Source of the DNA: an uncultured Candidatus Saccharibacteria bacterium
GTDB taxonomy: Bacteria; Patescibacteriota; Minisyncoccia; Phycocordibacterales; JACOZG01
Assembly: GCA_964360815.1 (NCBI GenBank)
Contig: CAYHYA010000001.1
Location: forward strand, 5,574-69,573
Direction of reading: 5' to 3'
DNA length: 64,000 nucleotides
Part shown: positions 37,833 to 47,484 of the stretch, piece after piece
Position numbering within the stretch: the first letter of the stretch is position 1
Layout of the letters: every line of letters begins with the position of its first letter
Translations under genes and position numbers: made by a program
Notes under the pieces: generated by a model
Told to the model about the DNA's origin: nothing
Seen by the model: the letters and a program-made list of their open reading frames with translations, nothing else
Database searches by the model: none

Positions 37833-38150
37833 GTTTAGATTTAGCTAACGAAAAAATTAATAATAACCCGCATTCTAGCAGATTGAAAAATTTAAGCAAA
37901 TTAGGGTCAAAGAAAGCACCGTTCTCCCATGAGGATGGACGGTGCTCTCCGGAGGGGAAAGAAGCTATTATTTAAACACAATTCCTATTTAAGGTTACAC
38001 CCAACGACGGCTCTGGTAAAGAAAAACTGTGCATAACCATCGAGAGCGAAAACTTGGACAAACCAGTTCAGATATGTTAGCGTGAGGGTGGGTCTTTTCC
38101 GGTGACGTTAGCCGGATCAGACTTTTTTGGTCTTTACGAGGAGGAACAGC

Positions 38151-38510
38151 GTGGGGCAATGTAAACGACTAGCAAGACGACTGAAGGAACTGCGGGATCG
38201 GGCCTATATAAGTACGGGTGATCCAGAAGGGATTATTGACGTTGTTGAATCGCTTCTCACTTCTGATTATCTATCCGCCATAGGAACAAGTAGGGCTGAG
38301 CTATTAAGGTTGGCCCACCTCAATCTGTCGGGGTGTATCTTGGCGTTGATGGTAAAAAGATTGCCACCGGAAGAGTTTGAGAAACTCGCGGAGACGACAA
38401 GGGGTGCGATAGACAGAGAATATCTTGTTCCAAAAAATCTAGCTTCCGAGGATGAACAGTTGATCGATAGTCTCATTAGACAACCACAAGGCGAAACGGT
38501 GCTTGTCTAG
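38151..38510 (+). CDS. Hypothetical protein (stand-alone accessory gene)
   Basis: GAGGAGG SD before GTG 38151; terminator hairpin at ~38526-38558. Confidence 0.55.
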   Translation: MGQCKRLARRLKELRDRAYISTGDPEGIIDVVESLLTSDYLSAIGTSRAELLRLAHLNLSGCILALMVKRLPPEEFEKLAETTRGAIDREYLVPKNLASEDEQLIDSLIRQPQGETVLV

Positions 38511-38559
38511 AAACAAAACATTCAATCCCCCGGCGAAAGCAAAACTTTCGCCGGGGATT

Positions 38560-39579
38560 TTATTTCTCCCCTAACTCCGGATAAACTTCGAGTAGTTTTT
38601 GTAGGAATAATTTTTTGGCCGCGGGCATAGGCATCTTTAACACGGCCCCGGCGGCGGCGCGATGGCCGCCGCCGCCTAGCGCGGCGGATAATTTAGAAAC
38701 GTCAAACCTCTCCGCATCGCGCGTCCGCAAGCTCACCCGGATAATCTCCGGTTCGGACTCGGTTAGCGTCGCGCCGATCTCCCAGCCAACCACCGACTTC
38801 AGACGGTTGGCGATACTGATCCCTTGAGTGTCTTCGTAACGCAAACCGTGCGCCGCCCGTTGTTCAAGCGATAGAGCCACCAACGCCACTCGCCCACCGC
38901 CAAATACTTCGATCGAGCTTAGGGCTAGGCCCTCGTAAGTTAGTTGGCCGCAGGAATTGTTATTTTCTAACTGGAAAAGCAAAGCTGGAAAATCAGGCGC
39001 CAGTTTGACCAGTTCGGCGGCGGCAAGGAAGGTAGCCGCGGTCGTGCCCGGGTAACGGAAGCCGCCAGTGTCGCCGAAAATGCCGAAAAATAAATTGGTG
39101 GCGCTGGCCGGGGTTAGTTTAATTTCCCAAAGTCGGAACAACTCATAAAGAATCTGGCTGGTGGCCGGATAATTTGTGGCCACCAGATTGATCTGGCAAA
39201 ACGGTTTAGTGGTGACATGATGATCGATCAGGATTGTTTTGAGCGTTGGCGGAAAAGTAACTTGGCCCAAGCTACTGATTCGTTCCGGCGCACCAACATC
39301 TAAAACCAAAAACAGGCCGAAGCTGGCCGGATCAATTTCCAAATAATTTTTTGGCACGATGCTTTCGTAACCCGGGAGAAAAGAGAGGTATTCGGGCATG
39401 GGCGAATCACCCTTGATCACGACGGCCTCTTTGCCGAGCGCGCGCAGAACGTGAGACATGGCTAGCGCCGAACCAACCGAATCCGGATCAGGGTGAGGGT
39501 GGAGGTGAAGCAAGACCCGCTTGGCTGATTTGATGACGGTAAAAATTTCTCGCGCCAGTTTCTCTTGCTCGTTAGTCAT
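38560..39579 (-). CDS. nrnA: DHH/DHHA1 phosphoesterase (NrnA-like)
   Basis: H..PDPDSVGS, IDHH, GDTGGF, GGGGH..AAGA. Confidence 0.88.
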   Translation of the reverse strand: MTNEQEKLAREIFTVIKSAKRVLLHLHPHPDPDSVGSALAMSHVLRALGKEAVVIKGDSPMPEYLSFLPGYESIVPKNYLEIDPASFGLFLVLDVGAPERISSLGQVTFPPTLKTILIDHHVTTKPFCQINLVATNYPATSQILYELFRLWEIKLTPASATNLFFGIFGDTGGFRYPGTTAATFLAAAELVKLAPDFPALLFQLENNNSCGQLTYEGLALSSIEVFGGGRVALVALSLEQRAAHGLRYEDTQGISIANRLKSVVGWEIGATLTESEPEIIRVSLRTRDAERFDVSKLSAALGGGGHRAAAGAVLKMPMPAAKKLFLQKLLEVYPELGEK

Positions 39580-39661
39580 ACTCTCAAGTAAAGCAGACGA
39601 AAAGAAAAACCACCAGCAACCTCTACGGTTACTGGTGGGTGTGGTGTGCGCTTGTATTCCG

Positions 39662-40309
39662 TTAATTTAGTGTTTTGATGATTTTGTTCCAGAAATCGCG
39701 TCCACGTCTGAACCAATCTCGTCGGCGGAGAACAGCAACACTCGCTCCCAACAGAGAGAGGGTTCCTGGTTCCGGAATCGGCGTGCCGCGGAGAACAAAA
39801 GAATCAAATCCCATTCGATCGCCAGCGGAGGAAAAATCTCCGATTAGACGAAAAGCGAAATTAGGATTATCGCTGGCTTCCGGCGGCAGGGCCAGAGATT
39901 CTAAAATCCAGTCGCTTTCGTTCATGTTCGTGTAGAAAGCAAGTGGTTTCCAATCTTTCGAATCGGGGGTCCACTCAACTCGCATCACGTCATCAATCTC
40001 GAGCGCCCCCCTAACCTGTTCGGCAAACTCCAAAATCAAACCATGAAAGCCGACCGTGGAAATTTCAAGAAGCAGCGTGCCGTCCGGCCCACCACTTATT
40101 CCACTAAAGTCGGCGCCCCAGTCTCCCTCGAAGGCCGCCGCATCAGACGAGATAAGTTGCCATCGCCCATTAGCACCGGTCCATCGATCAAATGCTTGAT
40201 TGGGGCCGCTGATTTCGAATCCATCCTCGAATAGAATATCGGCCGAAACCCCCCCCACCATCAACAGAGGTAAGAGTAAAACCAGTCGCGACTTTCTTCT
40301 TCCACCCAT
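39662..40309 (-). CDS. Secreted protein with a PEP-CTERM sorting signal
   Basis: Signal peptide; C-terminal IPEPGTLSLLGASVAVLRRR. Confidence 0.8.
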   Translation of the reverse strand: MGGRRKSRLVLLLPLLMVGGVSADILFEDGFEISGPNQAFDRWTGANGRWQLISSDAAAFEGDWGADFSGISGGPDGTLLLEISTVGFHGLILEFAEQVRGALEIDDVMRVEWTPDSKDWKPLAFYTNMNESDWILESLALPPEASDNPNFAFRLIGDFSSAGDRMGFDSFVLRGTPIPEPGTLSLLGASVAVLRRRDWFRRGRDFWNKIIKTLN

Positions 40310-40425
40310 AAACTGTCTCCTTTTCTCAAAAACAAAACACTAAAAACCCAAGACACGCGCCCGGGTCTTCTTCAAGTTCAAGGATCAACTTAATCCGGTG
40401 AGGATACTAACACAACTAGATTAAA

Positions 40426-41043
40426 TTATCTAGAGTCAAACAAATCGCTGTTGGGAAAACGGATTTTCGGTTTCGGCTTCTCGCTCGCGTGACGGTAGCC
40501 AAGTGCGAGCAGGGCTTTCGGGAAAAAATGTTCGGGTAGCTTAAGAACGGTCTTCACGCCAGCCGGATTGAAACCCTCCATCGGGCAAGCATCAATTTCG
40601 AGTTCAGCGGCGGCGGCCAGAGCGAAGCCGAGCGCGAGATAAGTCTGGCGCGCCGCCCAACTCTCGGCGGCCGGCGCATCAAGACCAGCGGCGAAATCGG
40701 TCATCATTTTTTCATACCCCGCCAGCGTCGCCCGAAGGGCGGCTTGGCCGCCGGTGGCCAGTTCAAAATAAGCGTTGATCCGATCCGAGATGTCGGTGCG
40801 AGCCGAGAAAACGAGCAAATGCGAGCCGGTCGTCACCTGTTCCTGACCCCAAGCCAAATCCTTTATTTTTTCGCGCAAGTCTTTGTCCGTGACGATTGTC
40901 ACATGGAACGGTTGCAACCCGAACGAAGTCGGGGCCAAACGGACCGCCTCAAAGATTTTGGCCAGTTTGTCCGGCGCGATCGTTCGACCATCAAACTTTT
41001 TGGTAGCATAACGCCAAGAAAGATTATTTAAAAATGATGGCAT
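40426..41043 (-). CDS. Nitroreductase family NAD(P)H oxidoreductase
   Basis: WRYATKKFD, APTSFGLQP, ACPMEGF, LALGYR. Confidence 0.92.
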   Translation of the reverse strand: MPSFLNNLSWRYATKKFDGRTIAPDKLAKIFEAVRLAPTSFGLQPFHVTIVTDKDLREKIKDLAWGQEQVTTGSHLLVFSARTDISDRINAYFELATGGQAALRATLAGYEKMMTDFAAGLDAPAAESWAARQTYLALGFALAAAAELEIDACPMEGFNPAGVKTVLKLPEHFFPKALLALGYRHASEKPKPKIRFPNSDLFDSR

Positions 41044-41278
41044 GTTTTAAAAGTAAGTTAAGCGTAACAAAAAAAGGGCCCGAGTGCAAACAGCACCACG
41101 GGCCCCAGAAATATCACTCGCGACAACGACACAATCATCATACACAACCAACAACGACCAAAAATCAAATCATCGCTTTTTCCTCCTTTCTTTTCCCATT
41201 TAAAGACAGCTCGATTCTATGTCAGATACTATCGTAAACCATCACCAAATCAAAGTTGTCGCTTGTGGATAAATTGAT

Positions 41279-42364
41279 TTAGTGACCAAAGATGATGTTG
41301 GCCAGGTCGCGACGAACGGCATTGATTGCCCGACTATCGGCCGGCGGATGTGGATAGGTTCGATTGGTCAACATGACGAACGCTCGCCCGCCAACCGGAT
41401 CAACCGCGATCAGGGTACCGGTAAAACCGGACTTGTAGAAAATTCGCCGGTCGTCAGGTAAATCAATCATTTCTGACTGGCCGATGGCCCAACCCAATCC
41501 AGCTGTCCGATTTATTGACCCTTCAAGCTGGTTCGTGGACATCGCCTCGACCAGGTTTGCCGAAAAATATTTCCGGCCACCCTTAATCCCCTTGTTCAAG
41601 AGCATCGCCAAAAATTTAAGTAGGTCCGGCGCGGTCGAAAACAGGCCAGCAATGGCCGTGGGCCTCTTTTTCCCGAGAACGAAGGCGGCTTCATCGTGAA
41701 CCACGCCGCGGACCTCTCTCTTGCGCCAAATATCGTCAATCTCGGTCGGAGCAATGCCCGCGGACAGGTGTGTCTCGGGCGAATAGTTGGTCCGCGCCAT
41801 TCCCAGGGGGTTGAAGAATTTTTCGGCAGCGAGGCGGTCGAGGCGAGATCCGGTAACTTTCTCGACCACCAAACCGATCAGCAGGGCGGTCGGATTGGCA
41901 TAGACATGGTGACTACCGGGCGGGCATTTAAGCGGCGCCTTAAAAACAGTCTCCCAAATTGCCTCGGCCGAATGTCCGGTGCGAGCCAATTCCGAGAGTG
42001 CTGGCAGTTCAAGATCGAGGGTGTAGGTTAACAGGTGCCAAATTGTGACCGCCTGTTTGTTTTCCTCGGTTCCGAACTCCGGTACATAACGAACCAACGG
42101 ATCGTTTAGTTTGACCTGGCCACTGTCGATCAGCTGTAAGAGTAAGGACGTTCCGACAACCGATTTAGTCAGCGAGGCCAGATCATAGACCGTTTCTGTT
42201 TCAACCAACGGCGAGTCGAGGTCGTAAGTCAGTCGGCCGACTGGCACGATTTGCTGTCCACCATTGGAATGAACCAATCCGACCACGCCACCCGGGAAAA
42301 CCCGGTCGGCAATGGCCAGTGCCAATCGCTTGGTAATGAATGATAGAAGTCCGACTTCCATCAA
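41279..42364 (-). CDS. Serine hydrolase, beta-lactamase class C-like
   Basis: YDLASLTK (SxxK), YAN, G.VHDE.A, AGLFST, SGFTGT. Confidence 0.88.
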   Translation of the reverse strand: MMEVGLLSFITKRLALAIADRVFPGGVVGLVHSNGGQQIVPVGRLTYDLDSPLVETETVYDLASLTKSVVGTSLLLQLIDSGQVKLNDPLVRYVPEFGTEENKQAVTIWHLLTYTLDLELPALSELARTGHSAEAIWETVFKAPLKCPPGSHHVYANPTALLIGLVVEKVTGSRLDRLAAEKFFNPLGMARTNYSPETHLSAGIAPTEIDDIWRKREVRGVVHDEAAFVLGKKRPTAIAGLFSTAPDLLKFLAMLLNKGIKGGRKYFSANLVEAMSTNQLEGSINRTAGLGWAIGQSEMIDLPDDRRIFYKSGFTGTLIAVDPVGGRAFVMLTNRTYPHPPADSRAINAVRRDLANIIFGH

Positions 42365-43191
42365 GTTTTTAAAAGCGCCCGCATCATTCGGGTTAAACCA
42401 ATCCCGCCGCCAAAACGAGGAAAAAATTTTAGCGATAAGAAATCTTCCAACTCACGTTCAACTCGCGCCCGGCCGAAGTGCTCGAAAAGTAGTTTGGCAT
42501 AAGCCCCGTCACTGATAGTGTGGAATTGTTTGCGCATTACCTCTGGATCGACGCTCCGTTCAGCCGAACCAATTGTCTCCATACCGGCGATGATCACGTC
42601 AATTTTGTGGGCATGTTTGCCATTCTTCATCATATTCCAAAACGGCGAGGTGTGAAGCGGAAAACGCTCCAGGAAAAAAACTGGCCCAAACTCTTCGGAC
42701 ATTTCGCGCTCGTGCTCGCTGGTTAATTCCGATGCTTCGTAATAATCGGCCATCTCGTCATAAGTGCGATGCGGATAATTCCGCCGGTCGCCGAAACCAA
42801 GATGTTCGCAGAGTTCGGCTTCGAGCTGGCGGAGGTCATCAATCGTACCAGCGGATTCAAATTCAAACATCGGGAAAATGATTTCGTGTCGACCAGGGAT
42901 CGGATTTTTCTCATTGCGATAACTGGTGCTGACACAAAAGACCCCGGGTAGAGACGGGTCGTTCAAAAGTTCGTATTCGAGCCACATTTGTCCGGTTTGC
43001 GGCAAGGGCCAAGTTTCTCCGGCGTAGTCGTAAGTGGCAATCGTTGTCGGATCCTCGCAGGCAGCCAAAATACTTAACCGATCTTGAGTGTGCACTTCGT
43101 GGAAACCTTTACCCAGGAAAAATTGTCGGAGCTTGTTCACTGTTTGGCTATAACCTTTCACGTTTTTTGTCGCTCGATAATTATTGATCAT
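42361..43191 (-). CDS. Class II aaRS catalytic-domain-only paralog (AsnRS/asparagine-synthetase-like)
   Basis: Motif 2 SYRNEK...GRH..IFPMFEFE, ETIGSAER, motif 3 GGGIGLTR; no OB-fold anticodon domain. Confidence 0.8.
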   Translation of the reverse strand: MINNYRATKNVKGYSQTVNKLRQFFLGKGFHEVHTQDRLSILAACEDPTTIATYDYAGETWPLPQTGQMWLEYELLNDPSLPGVFCVSTSYRNEKNPIPGRHEIIFPMFEFESAGTIDDLRQLEAELCEHLGFGDRRNYPHRTYDEMADYYEASELTSEHEREMSEEFGPVFFLERFPLHTSPFWNMMKNGKHAHKIDVIIAGMETIGSAERSVDPEVMRKQFHTISDGAYAKLLFEHFGRARVERELEDFLSLKFFPRFGGGIGLTRMMRALLKT

Positions 43192-43342
43192 ATTTTGGCA
43201 AAAAAATAACCCCGCGGTGGTGGGGGTGACTAACTTTTTAATAACTTGATTAATAAATACTGACCAAAACTTTTTTTCATATTCGCTAGATTGTAGCAAC
43301 CCTGCCCCAAGCTGGAGAAGAAGAAAGGTGGATATCTACGAT

Positions 43343-45131
43343 CTAATGCAGTCCGATTTGATATTCGTAAAGTCGGCGATAGGCACCAGCCGGTCGCGTG
43401 ATCAGTTCCTCGTGTGTGCCCGTTTCAACGATTTTTCCTTTCTCGAAAACGAGGATCAGGTCGGCTCGACGAACTGTTGACAGGCGATGCGCGATGATAA
43501 AGGTGGTCCGTCCGCGCATTAGTGCTTCCAGCGCTTCCGTGACAATTTTTTCGGTCGCCGCACCAAGAGCGCTCGTTGGTTCATCGAGAATCAGGATGGC
43601 TGGCTCGCGCAGCATGGCTCGAGCAATCGCCACGCGCTGTTTCTGGCCGACCGACAACTTAATTCCCCGCTCGCCGACCACCGTCTCATATTTCTCGGGA
43701 AACTTTTCCACAAAATGGTCAATGTGGGCCTCTTTAACCACCCGCTTAAACACCTCGTCGGCTACGGCGAATGTGCCGTAACGAATATTTTGTCCAATCG
43801 TGTCGTTGAAAAGTGCGATCTCTTGTGGCACCACGGCGATCTGGCGGCGTAAACTGGTTAGGTTGAGCTTGCGGGTATCTATTCCGTCAACCAACACCGC
43901 ACCGGTCGTGGGAAAGTAGTAACCAGAAATCAAAGAAACGGCCGTTGATTTGCCAACCCCCGACTCGCCAACCAGCGCCACGGCCTGTCCGGGTTTAATT
44001 GCAAAGTTTAAATTTTCCAGCACTAGCGGTTGAGTCGGTGCGTAGGCAAAAGAAACGTTATTGAAAGAGACGGCGCCCTTCAAACTCTCTGGCGTAACAG
44101 CGTTAGTGGGAAGATAAATTTCTTCCGGTTCTTCAAAAATCTCTTCGGCGTGGGCGGCGGCCGTGATGCCGTTCTGGACCGTTTGCCAACTGTGCCCAAG
44201 CGCCACGAACGGCCCAAAAAACATCATCGCGTAACCGTTAAGCGCCACGAGCTCGCCAACACTAATCATCTGACTCGCGATCAAACGAACGGAAAAAATG
44301 AACACGGCCAATTGGGTGAGGAAAACAATTGTTCGCTGGAAAAAGCTAACGTTGTTCCAACGTCGTTCGAGCTTTAACCAAACATCACGCGTTTTTTCCA
44401 ATAAATTAGTTTCAACTTTTTTGGTCTCATAATCTTCACTGGAGGCCTGTTTAACACTTTCGATTTGCTGAACCACCGCGGCCGCGTCATCCCAACCCTG
44501 ATTCCAGGAACGATGCGCTAGCGAGTCCAGTGCCGCGACTGGTCGAATCATTTTGATTAAAATTATGGAGTAAAACAAAACTCCGAGAGCTAAAATTCCA
44601 GCCAACGAGTAATTAATCTTGGCGGCCAAAACAATCCCGATGATTACGCTTAAAAATTGCGGGGCCACAGCAACAACTCGATTCATAATTGCCGACACCC
44701 GCCAGCCGGCCTGACTAATTTTCAAGAGCTCACCGTTGATGTGCGTGTTCTTATGATAATTTAGCGGTAAGCGAAAGAGGCGGCTAAAACCATCGGTTTG
44801 AATTTTGAAGTGAAGTGTGATGTCTAGGTGACGGCGCAACCGATCCATGAACCAAAATATTGTTGGCCACGAGTTGGATGACGACCCAGATCAGAAGCAG
44901 AGACGTCCAGAGCGGCAAAGAATCAATGTTTTGATCCGCGACCCCCTTCGACACTTCAATCAGGGCATCAAAAAATCGTCCGGTGACATAAGGGACCGAA
45001 CCGTTGGCCAAAGCCGAGACCAACCCGAGAAAAGTTAGCAGAATTAATTCATTCTTAAACGGCCGGAGGTGGCGACGAATCGCTCGCAACCCTTTCCTAA
45101 CTTCACCTTTTTCCTTGATCGTATTTTCCAT
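43343..45131 (-). pseudogene. ABC exporter (MsbA-like permease-ATPase), frameshifted at ~44855
   Basis: ORFs 44784-45131 and 43343-44848 join as ...VANNI/WFMDRLRRH; GESGVGKS, LSVGQ, DEPTSALG (D-loop Asp lost). Confidence 0.7.
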
Positions 45132-45159
45132 TTTAATGAAACCCCTCTATCTCTAGATC

Positions 45160-45468
45160 TCACCTTCGCTCAAGAGCACGCAACACCGTGGCGGAAACAA
45201 AATCCTTTCGTGCCTCACCTAACACGGGTAATACCGCCAGCACAGATGCGTTTTTTGTAGGAATAAGTTCAACCTTTCCTCCGTTAAACTCAGTGAGATG
45301 GGTTAAAAACTCATCAAGCCATGACGGAGTAACAGTAAGCACTCCATCAAAATCGACCTGAATTGGTGTATCAGGATTAAGTTGTGGACGAATAGCATTA
45401 AATGCCTCTAGTCCTGCTGGGCGAGAAACGAGTACTGTGCCAAATTTTTTAAGTTGAATAGTTTGCAT
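45160..45468 (-). CDS. STAS-like domain protein (DUF4325-like)
   Basis: FGTVLVSR.AG......I.VDFDGV...TPSWLDEF. Confidence 0.7.
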   Translation of the reverse strand: MQTIQLKKFGTVLVSRPAGLEAFNAIRPQLNPDTPIQVDFDGVLTVTPSWLDEFLTHLTEFNGGKVELIPTKNASVLAVLPVLGEARKDFVSATVLRALERR

Positions 45469-45480
45469 TTGTAATATTTT

Positions 45481-46206
45481 CTAAAACATTATAACCGCAT
45501 ATGCCCCACGAACATTCCCGTCAGCCATTTTGATGCGCATCGGTCCGGGGCTAGTGGGAATATTGACGACACCGACACCAGAGCGAAACAAGAGGCCGAC
45601 CTCCTTTGATTCAGCGACCCGGCGAACGACCTTGAGTCCATTACCGCGCTTCTCGGGATTTCTCCCTGAAACTATTTCTGTAAAAGCCACATTAAGGGCG
45701 TCGACATCGGTGTCGAGATTTGGCCTAACCTGTTTAAGTGTAGTTTTGACACCACGCCCCCGATCCGCAAGAACAATAATCCGCTTAGCAATACTATACG
45801 CGTAAAATATACCTGACACATCGGGCCAATTACCAACATTGTGGGCGAAGGAGTTGTCGCCAATTTCTCCTGCAACCAGGGTAACCAGCGAAGCTAAATC
45901 TTCTGAAACCTGGCCAACGTTCTGTAGTTCAGCACCCATCTTGGCAACTCGACTAGTGAAGCGATCTGATCGTTCGCAATAATACTCACTCGGGAGCTCT
46001 GGGGGCAAGGCGCTTGTTGCCCAGGCCAACCCCAATAACTGCAGGTTAAGGGCAAAACTCTTTAGATCGCCTAAGGCGTAATAACGTTGTTTCCCCACAC
46101 TCCGCTCGGAATTAAGCCGACCAGATTTCTCCCAGTTACGTAGGGTTTGCACTGATACGCCTAGTATCTTTGCGGCCTCTCCTACCCTCACTTTTCCCTC
46201 ATTCAT
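45481..46206 (-). CDS. MerR-type HTH fused to an HATPase-like domain
   Basis: GEAAKILGVSVQTLRNWEKSG; EIGDNSFAH, ADRGRG, RGNGL. Confidence 0.75.
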   Translation of the reverse strand: MNEGKVRVGEAAKILGVSVQTLRNWEKSGRLNSERSVGKQRYYALGDLKSFALNLQLLGLAWATSALPPELPSEYYCERSDRFTSRVAKMGAELQNVGQVSEDLASLVTLVAGEIGDNSFAHNVGNWPDVSGIFYAYSIAKRIIVLADRGRGVKTTLKQVRPNLDTDVDALNVAFTEIVSGRNPEKRGNGLKVVRRVAESKEVGLLFRSGVGVVNIPTSPGPMRIKMADGNVRGAYAVIMF

Positions 46207-46393
46207 AACGTTATACTATACGATAAACCTATAAAAGTCAACAAATATTAGCAGGTTTAGTTGTAAAACCTACAATTTTGAGATAATGATGGAAGTCCGA
46301 CTTTCATCATTACAAAGGCCTTGCTACATTTTCACGAAGGCGATCTTTAAAACTTTCATTCCTTCTGTAGATTAGTATCAATTAAGACGGCGA

Positions 46394-47308
46394 TTAAATT
46401 TGATATACAACATGAGTCTTTTTGATAGTATCCACTCGTTTGAAACTTCTCTTCAAAAAATCCTGCCCCACATTTTCAGAACCCTGTAATGACAAAAGCC
46501 TGGTGTGAATAAGTTTTTCTTTCAGACATCTAAGACCTTCCCATAATAAATATCTCATTAAATTAGACTGATTTTTATTAATTATTGCATTAGCAAAAGT
46601 TACTATATCCATTGGAGTGTAGAATGAAACCGCGATCAATTTCCCATCGTTAAAATGAGAAAATCGTTGCTTGTTTTCTATTTCTTCCGAAAAGAAAAAA
46701 TTATGTGCATCTATGACTTCTTTAGAGTTTTCGGCTCCCTTCTTGTTCAGATGGTCAGCATAATCACGCAAAAGCTTTCTATCCTCATTTTCATGGTCTT
46801 TAGAATAATCACTGCTTACTATTCCCTGTTCTTTTTTAAACTTGCGGATAACTCGAATCGTAGAGTGACGTACTGAATCGGGCTTTAAATTTAAGATTGA
46901 ATCAAAATCAGATACATATTCCGGAAATGTGTTATCGTCTCTAAATGAAAATTTACTCCATGGTTCAGTAGTTTCTATAAAACCTACGGCTTTCAAATCT
47001 TCAAGTTCTTTGAGATCAACATTTTTAACTAAAATTGAGCACTTTTCCTTTGTGTCGGCAATAAAATTGCTCAATATTTGTTGCCGATCTTTCCCTAATC
47101 TATTTACTACAACAAGCTGATTGTCTTTTGGTCGAAAATATAAAATCGACCCATCTTTTTCATATACAAAGCCCGTATCTCTTGTTGATTGAATAATGTA
47201 CGGCCAGTTATTCTCAAATGATAACTTGCCTACTTTAGACTTTTTTAGATAGTCGTAAAATAGCTTCTCATCATTAGATTTAATTGGTCTTACATTTGGC
47301 ATATCCAT
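46394..47308 (-). CDS. AT-rich hypothetical protein, possibly GNAT/DUF2156-like
   Basis: 304-aa ORF next to the tRNA-His 3' end; QGSEN.G...LKRSF resembles the DUF2156 end motif. Confidence 0.5.
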   Translation of the reverse strand: MDMPNVRPIKSNDEKLFYDYLKKSKVGKLSFENNWPYIIQSTRDTGFVYEKDGSILYFRPKDNQLVVVNRLGKDRQQILSNFIADTKEKCSILVKNVDLKELEDLKAVGFIETTEPWSKFSFRDDNTFPEYVSDFDSILNLKPDSVRHSTIRVIRKFKKEQGIVSSDYSKDHENEDRKLLRDYADHLNKKGAENSKEVIDAHNFFFSEEIENKQRFSHFNDGKLIAVSFYTPMDIVTFANAIINKNQSNLMRYLLWEGLRCLKEKLIHTRLLSLQGSENVGQDFLKRSFKRVDTIKKTHVVYQI

Positions 47309-47390
47309 TTTAGTATCCTCATATCCAAGTTTATCGGGTTGAAACTGATTTCACAGCTTAATAAAAAGCTATTTTTTAAAAATCCTCAAG

Positions 47391-47465
47391 TGGGGTGCTC
47401 GGAGGGAATCGAACCCTCATTACCGCCTCCACAGGGCGGAGTTTTACCACTAAACTACGAGCACC
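47391..47465 (-). tRNA. tRNA-His(GUG) with encoded G-1 and CCA
   Basis: GGTGCTCGTAGTTTAGTGGTAAAACTCCGCCCT-GTG-GAGGCGGTAATGAGGGTTCGATTCCCTCCGAGCACCCCA. Confidence 0.97.
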
Positions 47466-47484
47466 ATCTTGATCGTCATCGCCT

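Noticed and set aside
43192-43299. N-terminal extension of the aaRS paralog
   Set aside because: It runs through a promoter, leader and terminator-like region; ATG 43191 is more plausible.
45160-47465. Prophage or integrative element at tRNA-His
   Set aside because: No integrase, phage genes or duplicated tRNA 3' end were found.
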